Shown piece after piece: positions 9,802 through 17,329 of a DNA stretch of 64,000 bases. Source of the stretch: a virus; IMG/VR virus record IMGVR_UViG_3300034061_002899; one strand, given 5' to 3'. The stretch's first letter is position 1. The number at the start of each line of letters is the position of its first letter. The notes under the pieces were generated by a model. The model had not been told where the DNA came from and searched no databases. It worked only from the letters and a program-made list of their open reading frames with translations. The translations under genes were made by a program, and so were the position numbers.

Positions 9802-10495
9802 ATAAATACTTCTCCAAATCTTCGGGAGTGCCTACCGGGTAAAATTCTGAATTTTGTATTCTGCATACTCCAATATCCATCCCCTCTTTTACTAGATAAT
9901 TGTATGTAGGTGCTATGTAATATTCACCATTCGCTGATTTTTTACCATCGTTTATCATACGTTTTGCTGATTCAAAAAAATATTTTGCATGTTTCCAATA
10001 GTGTATGCCGGTTAGTGCATGTTTGCTAATCACTTCCTTTTCAACAAATTGTATTGCAAAGCCATCTTCTATTCTTACATAACTATGTTTTGGATCATTA
10101 TCAGTTATTGTAACTACTGCCCCGTCATATGTTCTCATGTCAGAAATTACATCATATGCATTCCAATTCATTATTTGATCACAATTTGCAATAATTAATT
10201 CATCATCTTTATTAATATAGTCTTCCATAATTAATGCGGATGCGGCAGCTCCATTGGGAGTATAATTAACTGAAACAATGTTTGGATCAGGACAGATGCT
10301 GTAAATTGCACCTATTGTTTGTTGCATGAATTCATTATTGCGAATAACAAAATGATACTTACCAGTAATCCCTAAACTTTCGATTGCTCTTACAATCATA
10401 GGCTTATCATTTATTGATATTAAGGGTTTAGGTAAACTGTGGGTATTTTTAAATCTACTACCTTCACCTGCCAATGGAATTAAAATATTAAGCAT
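9788..10495 (-). CDS. sugar-phosphate nucleotidyltransferase-like protein
   Basis: IPLAGEGSRF...PKPLI, NCD, EK, GTPEDL motifs. Confidence 0.85.
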   Translation of the reverse strand: MLNILIPLAGEGSRFKNTHSLPKPLISINDKPMIVRAIESLGITGKYHFVIRNNEFMQQTIGAIYSICPDPNIVSVNYTPNGAAASALIMEDYINKDDELIIANCDQIMNWNAYDVISDMRTYDGAVVTITDNDPKHSYVRIEDGFAIQFVEKEVISKHALTGIHYWKHAKYFFESAKRMINDGKKSANGEYYIAPTYNYLVKEGMDIGVCRIQNSEFYPVGTPEDLEKYLYDSR

Positions 10496-10591
10496 ACAAC
10501 ATATTTATATACAATATGATGTATTAAAATTTTGAGTAAATTACCATTCTGGATGGTTTGGCAGGCATCTAATGATGCCCGCTATTATAGT

Positions 10592-10804
10592 TTATCGAAT
10601 ACGTCTTAAATAGTCTCTGCCAACAAGACCCTTTTCAATTTCCATCAATGCTGTAACTGTAGGACCTGCTTTAGTATTAAGTGTAGAACGATGTCCTCGC
10701 TTTAATTCTCTTACACGCTGTGCGGCAATGAGTACTAAATCAAACCGATTTCCAACTGCGTTGGCGGCTTCTTCACTTGTATAACGTGCTCTTGATTCTG
10801 TCAT
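10592..10804 (-). CDS. rpoZ: RNA polymerase omega subunit homolog
   Basis: ARYTSEEA...GNRFDLVLIAAQRVREL...TVTALMEIEKG matches the omega consensus. Confidence 0.85.
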   Translation of the reverse strand: MTESRARYTSEEAANAVGNRFDLVLIAAQRVRELKRGHRSTLNTKAGPTVTALMEIEKGLVGRDYLRRIR

Positions 10805-10829
10805 AGTTTCTTTCTTTGGTTGTAAAAAA

Positions 10830-10905
10830 TGGAGCGGGATAAGAGGCTCGAACTCTCGACCTATACCTTGGCAAGGTATCGCTCTACCAACTGAGCTAAT
10901 CCCGC
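10830..10905 (-). tRNA. tRNA-Gly(GCC)
   Basis: Cloverleaf, anticodon loop TT-GCC-AA, encoded CCA. Confidence 0.95.
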
Positions 10906-10907
10906 AT

Positions 10908-11057
10908 TTAACTTGGTATCATTTTTGGCATATAAGGAACTGCTCTAGGTCCATGACGTTGTTGTAATAGCATACGTGCTTCTTCAGCATTGTTTGCTCC
11001 TACTCTGTCTGTGAACTCTTTACCGTTCACTCTTACTGTTGCTTCAAATAATTTCAT
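10908..11057 (-). CDS. small hypothetical protein
   Basis: MKLFEATVRVNG... lies between tRNA-Val and tRNA-Gly. Confidence 0.5.
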   Translation of the reverse strand: MKLFEATVRVNGKEFTDRVGANNAEEARMLLQQRHGPRAVPYMPKMIPS

Positions 11058-11063
11058 AATGAT

Positions 11064-11139
11064 TGGTGGGTCGTGACAGGCTCGAACTGCCGACATTCTG
11101 CGTGTAAGGCAGACGCTCTACCAACTGAGCTAACGACCC
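11064..11139 (-). tRNA. tRNA-Val(TAC)
   Basis: Cloverleaf, CT-TAC-AC, CCA. Confidence 0.95.
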
Positions 11140-11149
11140 TTTATTTTAT

Positions 11150-11335
11150 TTAACCACCTTGTTCACTGTCTTTAACATTTCCCCAATCAATGACTGGCTT
11201 TTCTACATTCATGTCAGGGAGAGGAGGAGGAACGTATCGTTCTTTTGGTGGCTTCTTACCGAATATAGCATCATGCTTATCGGCTAATTCCTCTAAACTT
11301 ATACTAAATGGTCTTGGTCTACTACCTTTACTCAT
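11150..11335 (-). CDS. small hypothetical protein
   Basis: MSKGSRPRPFS...; AAGGAA SD. Confidence 0.6.
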   Translation of the reverse strand: MSKGSRPRPFSISLEELADKHDAIFGKKPPKERYVPPPLPDMNVEKPVIDWGNVKDSEQGG

Positions 11336-11357
11336 TTGATTTCCTTTAAATTAAACT

Positions 11358-11434
11358 TGGTCGGAGTACAAGGATTCGAACCTTGGACCCCCTGGTCCCA
11401 AACCAGGTGCGCTACCAGACTGCGCCACACTCCG
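11358..11434 (-). tRNA. tRNA-Pro(TGG)
   Basis: Cloverleaf, TT-TGG-GA, CCA. Confidence 0.95.
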
Positions 11435-11461
11435 AATTATTTATAGCCCGATGTTATCGAA

Positions 11462-12097
11462 TCACTTTTTCCACAAGTGACTCACATCATCAGGCATTTT
11501 GTATTCATTTCGATATTGCAATATAGTAATATCATCATACTGATCTTTACCATTCCAAGGTGCACCTAATGCTAATGTAACCTTACATTCATCTGATGTG
11601 TTAATCATCCCGTGAGGGAAGCCACCATCCATTACAAATGCATGTTCTATATCAGGAGCAGATACTTTTCCTTTATCAGTAATCCAGTATAGTGTACTAG
11701 TATTACCTTGCAAAACAATTCTTATCTTATGTTGTAACGTGTTCAACTCATGGGGACTACAATCAATATGTTCGTTGTTTGCCCCACCTGGTTTTGTTAT
11801 CAACGCCATTACTCTAGCTTTACAGCCTATCCAGGGAAAAATATAATCTTCAAACCAATCAACGATTACTGCAGGAGTATGACTAACCCAACAAAAGTCA
11901 CCCGGTTGATTATTACTAGTTCCGTCGACACCTATCCCGCCTTTAGTGTTTAAAGGAAACATTTGTGTATGTCTATAGTTGTCCCAAAAACTTAACTTAC
12001 TATCAAGTGCTAAAATTTCTTTGGAGGCTTTTTTCTTATCTAAGATGGGTATACCATCTATTCTAGCAAACAACAAATTATCGGCTGGTTTAATCAT
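11462..12097 (-). CDS. 2OG-Fe(II)/Asp-Asn beta-hydroxylase-like protein
   Basis: HID...PHG facial-triad-like motif. Confidence 0.55.
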   Translation of the reverse strand: MIKPADNLLFARIDGIPILDKKKASKEILALDSKLSFWDNYRHTQMFPLNTKGGIGVDGTSNNQPGDFCWVSHTPAVIVDWFEDYIFPWIGCKARVMALITKPGGANNEHIDCSPHELNTLQHKIRIVLQGNTSTLYWITDKGKVSAPDIEHAFVMDGGFPHGMINTSDECKVTLALGAPWNGKDQYDDITILQYRNEYKMPDDVSHLWKK

Positions 12098-12106
12098 ATA
12101 ATATAT

Positions 12107-12634
12107 TTATGTTAATAGAAACACTGGATCAATATCTGTAGCAACCGTCATACAGATTCTTGGAACTGTATTCATATTTGTATGCACTCTATGTGGTTCT
12201 TGAACCCTAATTACTGTAGGTCTAATGATTTCAACCTCTGCTACCTTAGTAGGTATTGAATTATCTTTCAATAAGTAATAAGGTATTCCATTCTGTTGAA
12301 AAAACATAGTATACTCACCACCTGAATAAAATTCAGTGCGTGAGCCTTCGCAATTCAAAATAGGAATATTGATTCGACATTGTGATTTAAGATTACTCTT
12401 ATAGTCAATATGAACTTTAGAATGTTCTTGTAGGAAGGTTACGTACAACGCAACTTTTTTTACCTTTAGATTATAGTCTGCAAACGCAGACAATATTTCA
12501 GGACAATATTCAAGGTAGTCCTTATCTAGTAAGGAGAACCCTACTCTCACCGATGAATGATGTTCAAGAAACTTTTTGGTCTTTTCTTGAATGACCTCAA
12601 AGTTTTGTATTTCAATCTGATTAAAATATTTCAT
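12107..12634 (-). CDS. 2OG-Fe(II) oxygenase-like protein
   Basis: HID...RINIPILNC...PHRV...R. Confidence 0.5.
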   Translation of the reverse strand: MKYFNQIEIQNFEVIQEKTKKFLEHHSSVRVGFSLLDKDYLEYCPEILSAFADYNLKVKKVALYVTFLQEHSKVHIDYKSNLKSQCRINIPILNCEGSRTEFYSGGEYTMFFQQNGIPYYLLKDNSIPTKVAEVEIIRPTVIRVQEPHRVHTNMNTVPRICMTVATDIDPVFLLT

Positions 12635-12637
12635 ATT

Positions 12638-12712
12638 TGGATGCGGGTGACAGATTCGAACTGCCGATGCACCTGGCTTATGAGACCGGTGTGGTGACCA
12701 ACCCTACCCGCG
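12638..12712 (-). tRNA. atypical tRNA-Met(CAT), initiator-like
   Basis: C1:A72 mismatch, CT-CAT-AA loop, TTCGAAT T-loop, CCA; shrunken D-arm. Confidence 0.75.
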
Positions 12713-12715
12713 TAA

Positions 12716-12784
12716 TTTATAAATGTATTTCTTTTTCACTTACAGAGCCAGTCTTATCAGCTGGGTATGAAACACATTTATAAA
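12716..12784 (-). ncRNA. small structured RNA candidate with 16-bp closing stem
   Basis: TTTATAAATGTGTTTC...GAAATACATTTATAAA (one G-U pair) with an inner CCAG/CTGG hairpin. Confidence 0.45.
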
Positions 12785-12786
12785 GT

Positions 12787-12975
12787 GAGACTGCTACTAC
12801 ACCACATAGCCCAGTCTCTGAGTTGTTACACTGTCCACTTCTTCAATCTAGACGGTTAGAAGTCCGCCTTTGTGATTTTTCAAGTCGCTTTAAACAAGCC
12901 TTGCAGTAGATCCAATGCACTGTGCTATTAAGGTATTAGCAATTACCTAACTCTATTACGCTGAGTTAACGCGGG
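12787..12975 (-). ncRNA. structured ncRNA candidate (GGACAG family, copy 1)
   Basis: Multiple hairpins; 3' half aligns with 17330-17524. Confidence 0.55.
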
Positions 12976-12980
12976 TTTAT

Positions 12981-13056
12981 TGGTGGAGGATACCGGGATC
13001 GAACCGATGACCTACTGGTTGCAAACCAGTCGCTCTCCCAACTGAGCTAATCCCCC
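12981..13056 (-). tRNA. tRNA-Ala(TGC)
   Basis: G3:U70 pair, TT-TGC-AA, CCA. Confidence 0.95.
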
Positions 13057-13443
13057 TCATCTCAGTAAGCCTCTACTTCCTCGTCCACTACCTTTATTCT
13101 TGGCAGCATATGATGCAGTTTGGCTATGACAGTTTGGACACAACAGCCTTACATTTTCAGGCATATTATTACCAGCATTGCCATCTATATGATCTAACTG
13201 TAATGCTAACGGCACATTGTTATGTATTCCGTTATTACTACAACAAGCACATTTATATCCTGTTAGTTTTGTGATAATCTTATTCAGTGTCCGTCTATCT
13301 TTTACCTCACCTAAGTAAAATTTAGGCATAGTTAAATCTTTAAAAGTAAAATCAGCCTGACATTGATTGTCGCAAAACTTATTTTTATTATTACGCTTTA
13401 CAGTGTTTTCTCTGTTACAGTGTAGGCAGTTAAATGTATTCAT
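13057..13443 (-). CDS. HNH endonuclease (free-standing, within tRNA array)
   Basis: CACC...LQLDHIDGNAGNN..ENVRLLCPNCHSQT. Confidence 0.9.
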   Translation of the reverse strand: MNTFNCLHCNRENTVKRNNKNKFCDNQCQADFTFKDLTMPKFYLGEVKDRRTLNKIITKLTGYKCACCSNNGIHNNVPLALQLDHIDGNAGNNMPENVRLLCPNCHSQTASYAAKNKGSGRGSRGLLR

Positions 13444-13522
13444 AGTATAATTCTTTGTAGTCCGTATACTATTTATGCAAACGCTCTACATTTTGATATT
13501 TACCTACACCCCCAATATTCTT

Positions 13523-13599
13523 TGGTGCCCTAGGAGAGACTCGAACTCTCAGTTTACGGCTTCTAAGACCGCTGTGTCTACCAATTTCACCACCAGGGC
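13523..13599 (-). tRNA. tRNA-Leu(TAG), short variable arm
   Basis: CT-TAG-AA, Leu-type D-loop, 77 nt, CCA. Confidence 0.9.
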
Positions 13600-13659
13600 A
13601 TTCATTTCAATACGTATTGTAACAGAGAACTATTTATCTGTCTACTGTTTTGGATAACT

Positions 13660-13733
13660 TGGAGCGGGGTAACAGAATCGAACTGTCCGCATCAGATTGG
13701 AAATCTGAGGTATTACCACTATACGAACCCCGC
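13660..13733 (-). tRNA. tRNA-Gly(TCC)
   Basis: TT-TCC-AA, CCA. Confidence 0.95.
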
Positions 13734-14501
13734 TTATATATATTTTCTTTCACTTAACCAGGGCACAATAACCTCATCAACAAATTCTTTATGCATCTCT
13801 GTTGTGGGGTGATGTGGACCTGTAAGAATATTCCATTCTTCAGGATTAGACTCTGCGTATTTTGAATTTTTTGATATCCAATTATACTGACTAGTTATAG
13901 GAAGATACTGCTCTGTATCAATTTGTTTATATAAGTAATCTATTTCAGGATGTGTTATATTTTCAGGCAGAACAATATTATCGTCCATATAATTAGTAAA
14001 AAAATATTTAATATTTTTTGATTTTAGAAACCATTGTGTTTTCAATATATGCTCAATCGAATATATACTTGATCCTATTTCATCATGGAACATTTTATAA
14101 TATGTCATCGCTTCTTTATTATTTTCTGCCCAATTGGTATTAAGTATTACCCAATTTTTTGTACTATCTTTTACAAAACCAGTTGGATTTTCCATCCATC
14201 CATTATGTACTTTATCAGATACAAAATGTAATAAACCAGGTGATGTACATCTAAAGTCATGTCTATTAGAACCACTCCACATAACACCTACTAGTATATC
14301 TTCTGGTTTATGTGTCTTTAGTGCTTCTAGTACACCATATATTATACTTCTACTTATAAGTCCGTTACCCTGACTACCCATTGCATAACTCTTATGATCA
14401 TAGTCAGTTAATTCTTTAGATAAATGTATAGGCCACGCTTTATTTGCATAACTAATACATTCACTAAAACTACAACCTGAGGTGATTAATAATTTTTTCA
14501 T
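13734..14501 (-). CDS. SGNH-like protein
   Basis: SGCSFS, GN, VMWSG..R, C-terminal HP...H. Confidence 0.55.
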   Translation of the reverse strand: MKKLLITSGCSFSECISYANKAWPIHLSKELTDYDHKSYAMGSQGNGLISRSIIYGVLEALKTHKPEDILVGVMWSGSNRHDFRCTSPGLLHFVSDKVHNGWMENPTGFVKDSTKNWVILNTNWAENNKEAMTYYKMFHDEIGSSIYSIEHILKTQWFLKSKNIKYFFTNYMDDNIVLPENITHPEIDYLYKQIDTEQYLPITSQYNWISKNSKYAESNPEEWNILTGPHHPTTEMHKEFVDEVIVPWLSERKYI

Positions 14502-14511
14502 AAATATACTT

Positions 14512-14679
14512 ATGCACATTTACGATGCTATTACAAATTCCGGATTACACATCCATCTTTCAATGATGGAAGATGAATCCTTTTACATTATGGTACATGA
14601 TCTTGTGAACTTCACTATGCAAATGAAGTTCTTTAGTAGCGTTGAGCCTGCTAGAGCATTTATTCAATCACTAGAATAA
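14512..14679 (+). CDS. small hypothetical protein
   Basis: ATG shortly after a TAAATA box; divergent from the SGNH-like gene. Confidence 0.45.
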   Translation: MHIYDAITNSGLHIHLSMMEDESFYIMVHDLVNFTMQMKFFSSVEPARAFIQSLE

Positions 14680-14681
14680 TT

Positions 14682-14755
14682 TGGCATCCCCCCAAGGATT
14701 CGAACCTTGACTAACGGTTTTGGAGACCGGTATGCTGCCATTACATTAGGGAGAT
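14682..14755 (-). tRNA. tRNA-Trp(CCA)
   Basis: CT-CCA-AA, CCA; 5' end overlaps the upstream CDS. Confidence 0.9.
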
Positions 14756-15286
14756 ATTTAATTCTTTTAATTTGTCTAAGTAATGTGATTGACCTTTACT
14801 GACCATTGAACGCCAGTCATTTAGTGAATCATCATTGGCTCCGTCACTAACAAACTTGTAACATAGAAACTCTACTTTATGTTTCCTGCATACTTTCGCA
14901 ATAGCGTATGCTTCCATATCTACTACATCAGCAGGAATTAATAAGTTACTATCTGTGACAAAGTTATCACCTGTACTACAAGTTAATCCATCACCATTAT
15001 CAATGATGATAGTATCTTCAAATGGTGTTTGACCTGGTAGACTACCTAACTCACAGCACATCATATCACGTTGAATAAACTTTGACACTTGATGGAATCC
15101 TGACTTAACAGTAACTCCACCTGCTGTACCAAAGTTGATAACACGATCAGGGTTGTACTTGGCAATCAACTCAGCCGCAGTCATTGCGGCATTTACTTTT
15201 CCTACACCTGTGTAAAATACTTTCATACTGAAAGCCATGTCAGGTGCTTCTTCTTTCAATGCAATTAATATTAAATCTTTTTTCAT
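14741..15286 (-). CDS. mtnN: MTA/SAH nucleosidase-like (PNP/UDP family)
   Basis: GVGKVNAA, INFGTAGG, TGDNFV, VDMEAYAIA, KFVSD motifs. Confidence 0.8.
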   Translation of the reverse strand: MKKDLILIALKEEAPDMAFSMKVFYTGVGKVNAAMTAAELIAKYNPDRVINFGTAGGVTVKSGFHQVSKFIQRDMMCCELGSLPGQTPFEDTIIIDNGDGLTCSTGDNFVTDSNLLIPADVVDMEAYAIAKVCRKHKVEFLCYKFVSDGANDDSLNDWRSMVSKGQSHYLDKLKELNISLM

Positions 15287-15295
15287 AAATTCTCT

Positions 15296-15387
15296 TGGTG
15301 GAAACGGTGAGATTCGAACTCACGGGACGCATTAACATCCGACAGTTTTCAAGACTGTTGCAATAAACCGGGCTCTGCCACGCTTCC
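15296..15387 (-). tRNA. tRNA-Ser(TGA)
   Basis: Long variable arm, CT-TGA-AA, CCA. Confidence 0.95.
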
Positions 15388-15575
15388 TATTTTATTAGTA
15401 TATCTACGTTTTGACCTTTAGCGGCAGGTTCTATTTTTCCTGTATTGTCGTAAAGGTATTGTATGACTTCTAAAACTGTTTTATTTGTCTTAGGATCTAC
15501 TAGAGTACGATACTCGGTGTTGCGATATTGGTTATAAACCATATCCCAACTGTTTGTTATACTTTGTACTATCAT
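15387..15575 (-). CDS. small hypothetical protein
   Basis: 62 aa; ATAAATA box 5 nt before ATG. Confidence 0.5.
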   Translation of the reverse strand: MIVQSITNSWDMVYNQYRNTEYRTLVDPKTNKTVLEVIQYLYDNTGKIEPAAKGQNVDILIK

Positions 15576-15588
15576 ATAGTATTTATTA

Positions 15589-15683
15589 TACCATATAGAA
15601 ACACACTTTTAAACCTTTCTTCAGCGTTTAGTCGCTATCTCCCTTACTAATCGGGCGTAGGGTAAATGTGTTTTTATATGGTA
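15589..15683 (-). ncRNA. small structured RNA candidate with long closing stem
   Basis: TACCATATAAAAACACA...TGTGTTTCTATATGGTA with two inner hairpins. Confidence 0.45.
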
Positions 15684-15752
15684 GGAGTGTTCGGGAACGA
15701 TCCGAATTTTACCGGTTAAAAGCCGGTTACTTCACCTTAAAGTTTCACTCCC
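15679..15752 (-). tRNA. tRNA-Lys(TTT), atypical T-loop
   Basis: CT-TTT-AA; T-loop ATCGTTC; CCA. Confidence 0.85.
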
Positions 15753-15812
15753 ATAAGTCGTAATGATTGATTTTACGTGCCAATCATAGACCTACGGAAG
15801 TCTATGATGACA

Positions 15813-15833
15813 CTATCGCTTACTGCGTTTCAT
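15813..15833 (-). CDS. minigene MKRSKR*
   Basis: AAAGGAAACGAC-ATG AAA CGC AGT AAG CGA TAG followed by a long hairpin. Confidence 0.4.
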   Translation of the reverse strand: MKRSKR

Positions 15834-15856
15834 GTCGTTTCCTTTGTTAAAAAATT

Positions 15857-15932
15857 TGGAGTGGGTGACAGGGGTCGAACCTGCATGTCACGGATTTGCA
15901 ATCCGCTACCTAACCATTCAGTACACACCCAC
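15857..15932 (-). tRNA. tRNA-Cys(GCA)
   Basis: TT-GCA-AA, U73, CCA. Confidence 0.92.
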
Positions 15933-15937
15933 ATATT

Positions 15938-16138
15938 GCTCTGGCATCCCCCGGCGGTAATTATAGAGTATCAAGACATGACGCTATCATACCCATCACA
16001 CACTCCTTCCACCCGCTTCCCGAAACAGGGACCGTTCTCGCATTGCCAGCGGCCTTTGGGTTTAAAGACTACCACCCGTAGCTGTCACGCTACTTCTCAT
16101 CCTGTGGGTCACAGTATCCGGAGACACCCGGAACGTTC
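15938..16138 (-). ncRNA. GC-rich structured ncRNA candidate
   Basis: Hairpins TCCGG/CCGGA, CTGTG/CACAG, GTAGC/GCTAC, TCCC/GGGA, GAGTGT/ATACTC; much more GC-rich than flanks. Confidence 0.5.
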
Positions 16139-16153
16139 TTTTATAAATACAGT

Positions 16154-16336
16154 ATGGATATCCAAGACTGCATTGATATAGTTGAAAAGTTGTTGCGTCA
16201 AAACAACCGTAATTATAAGGATAGCCACGAACAATTATTATATGAACGAGGTTACCTTACTGGTATGCTTGCTCGGATGATGATTGAAAATCCTATGTTT
16301 CGCAATGAAATCATAGACCGAGCAAAAAAGAAATGA
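16154..16336 (+). CDS. small hypothetical protein
   Basis: Exact TATAAATA at 16142-16149, 4 nt before ATG. Confidence 0.55.
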   Translation: MDIQDCIDIVEKLLRQNNRNYKDSHEQLLYERGYLTGMLARMMIENPMFRNEIIDRAKKK

Positions 16337-16337
16337 T

Positions 16338-16425
16338 TGGTGGAGAGTGTGGGATTCGAACCCACGCACCCATTGCTGGATGACAGATTAGCAATCTGTT
16401 GGTTTAACCACTCACCCAACTCTCC
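16338..16425 (-). tRNA. tRNA-Ser(GCT)
   Basis: Long variable arm, TT-GCT-AA, CCA. Confidence 0.95.
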
Positions 16426-16431
16426 TATACA

Positions 16432-16508
16432 TGGTGCCTCCGACAGGACTCGAACCTGTAACCAATGGATTATGAGTCCACTGCTCTAACCAATTGAGCT
16501 ACCGAGGC
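16432..16508 (-). tRNA. tRNA-CAT (Ile2 or Met)
   Basis: CT-CAT-AA, CCA; identity ambiguous. Confidence 0.85.
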
Positions 16509-16515
16509 GCTATTT

Positions 16516-16920
16516 TTAATTATTTCTTAAAACTTGTTCTCGCCTTTCTTTGACGATTTCATTTCTTTTACTAACATCTTTTATTTTTTGTATATCCAAA
16601 CAATCTCTAATACAATCGTCAGGTAATGCCATATTTTTTCTAACAAGTTTAGCAACTTCTAATTCATTTGGTAATAACCCGCGAAGGCCGTTAAAGGGTC
16701 TTTTCCACATTCCGTTATCTACTGCATGACAGGTTATACATGTATGATCGGGCATTGAAGGTCGCATGTCTCTAGCTAAATGATTACCTGTTAACTTAGA
16801 GCATACATAGTTATCTGTTACTGTGGGGTATTCTATACCACAACTATTAGTTGAGATTGGTTTTAATGTTGAACACCCGGTAAGTAAAAGAAACATTAAT
16901 ACTAAGCCTATTTTTTTCAT
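16516..16920 (-). CDS. lipoprotein with CxxCH motif
   Basis: Lipobox LTGC; CITCH. Confidence 0.55.
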   Translation of the reverse strand: MKKIGLVLMFLLLTGCSTLKPISTNSCGIEYPTVTDNYVCSKLTGNHLARDMRPSMPDHTCITCHAVDNGMWKRPFNGLRGLLPNELEVAKLVRKNMALPDDCIRDCLDIQKIKDVSKRNEIVKERREQVLRNN

Positions 16921-16956
16921 GTATCACCCTTTATATGGACAGAGAACTTAAAAATT

Positions 16957-17042
16957 TGGTGCGACTGGCCGGAATCGAACCGGCACGCTGTTACGGCGAG
17001 AGATTTTAAGTCTCTTGTGTCTACCTATTTCACCACAGTCGC
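16957..17042 (-). tRNA. tRNA-Leu(TAA)
   Basis: CT-TAA-AA, long variable arm, CCA. Confidence 0.95.
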
Positions 17043-17055
17043 AAATCTTGTTATC

Positions 17056-17084
17056 ATTATATATCATACAATGATTGTAGTCAA
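17056..17084 (-). promoter_or_regulatory. sigma70-type promoter
   Basis: TTGACT-17 nt-TATAAT just upstream of tRNA-Leu. Confidence 0.7.
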
Positions 17085-17090
17085 ATATTA

Positions 17091-17167
17091 TGGCGCACCG
17101 TAGGGGACTCGAACCCCTGGCCTCATGCGTGACAGGCATGCGATCTAACCAACTGATCTAACGGTGC
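17091..17167 (-). tRNA. tRNA-Asp(GTC)
   Basis: CT-GTC-AC, G73, CCA. Confidence 0.95.
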
Positions 17168-17239
17168 AAAATCTGTGATAGTTTCTATACAACCCATTGA
17201 AACTAACAAACATTGAGTATATTGCTACACTATTTGTCT

Positions 17240-17323
17240 TGGTGGAGACGGTTGGAGTTGAACCAACAGTGCCGAAGCGGAAGATTTACAGTCTCCTGGG
17301 GTTACCAATTTTCCTACATCTCC
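17240..17323 (-). tRNA. tRNA-Tyr(GTA)
   Basis: CT-GTA-AA, variable arm, CCA. Confidence 0.93.
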
Positions 17324-17329
17324 AAAATT

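Noticed and set aside
12716-12784. Hammerhead ribozyme (CTGA...GAAA) here and at 20651-20724
   Set aside because: No CUGANGA core in the correct junction geometry.
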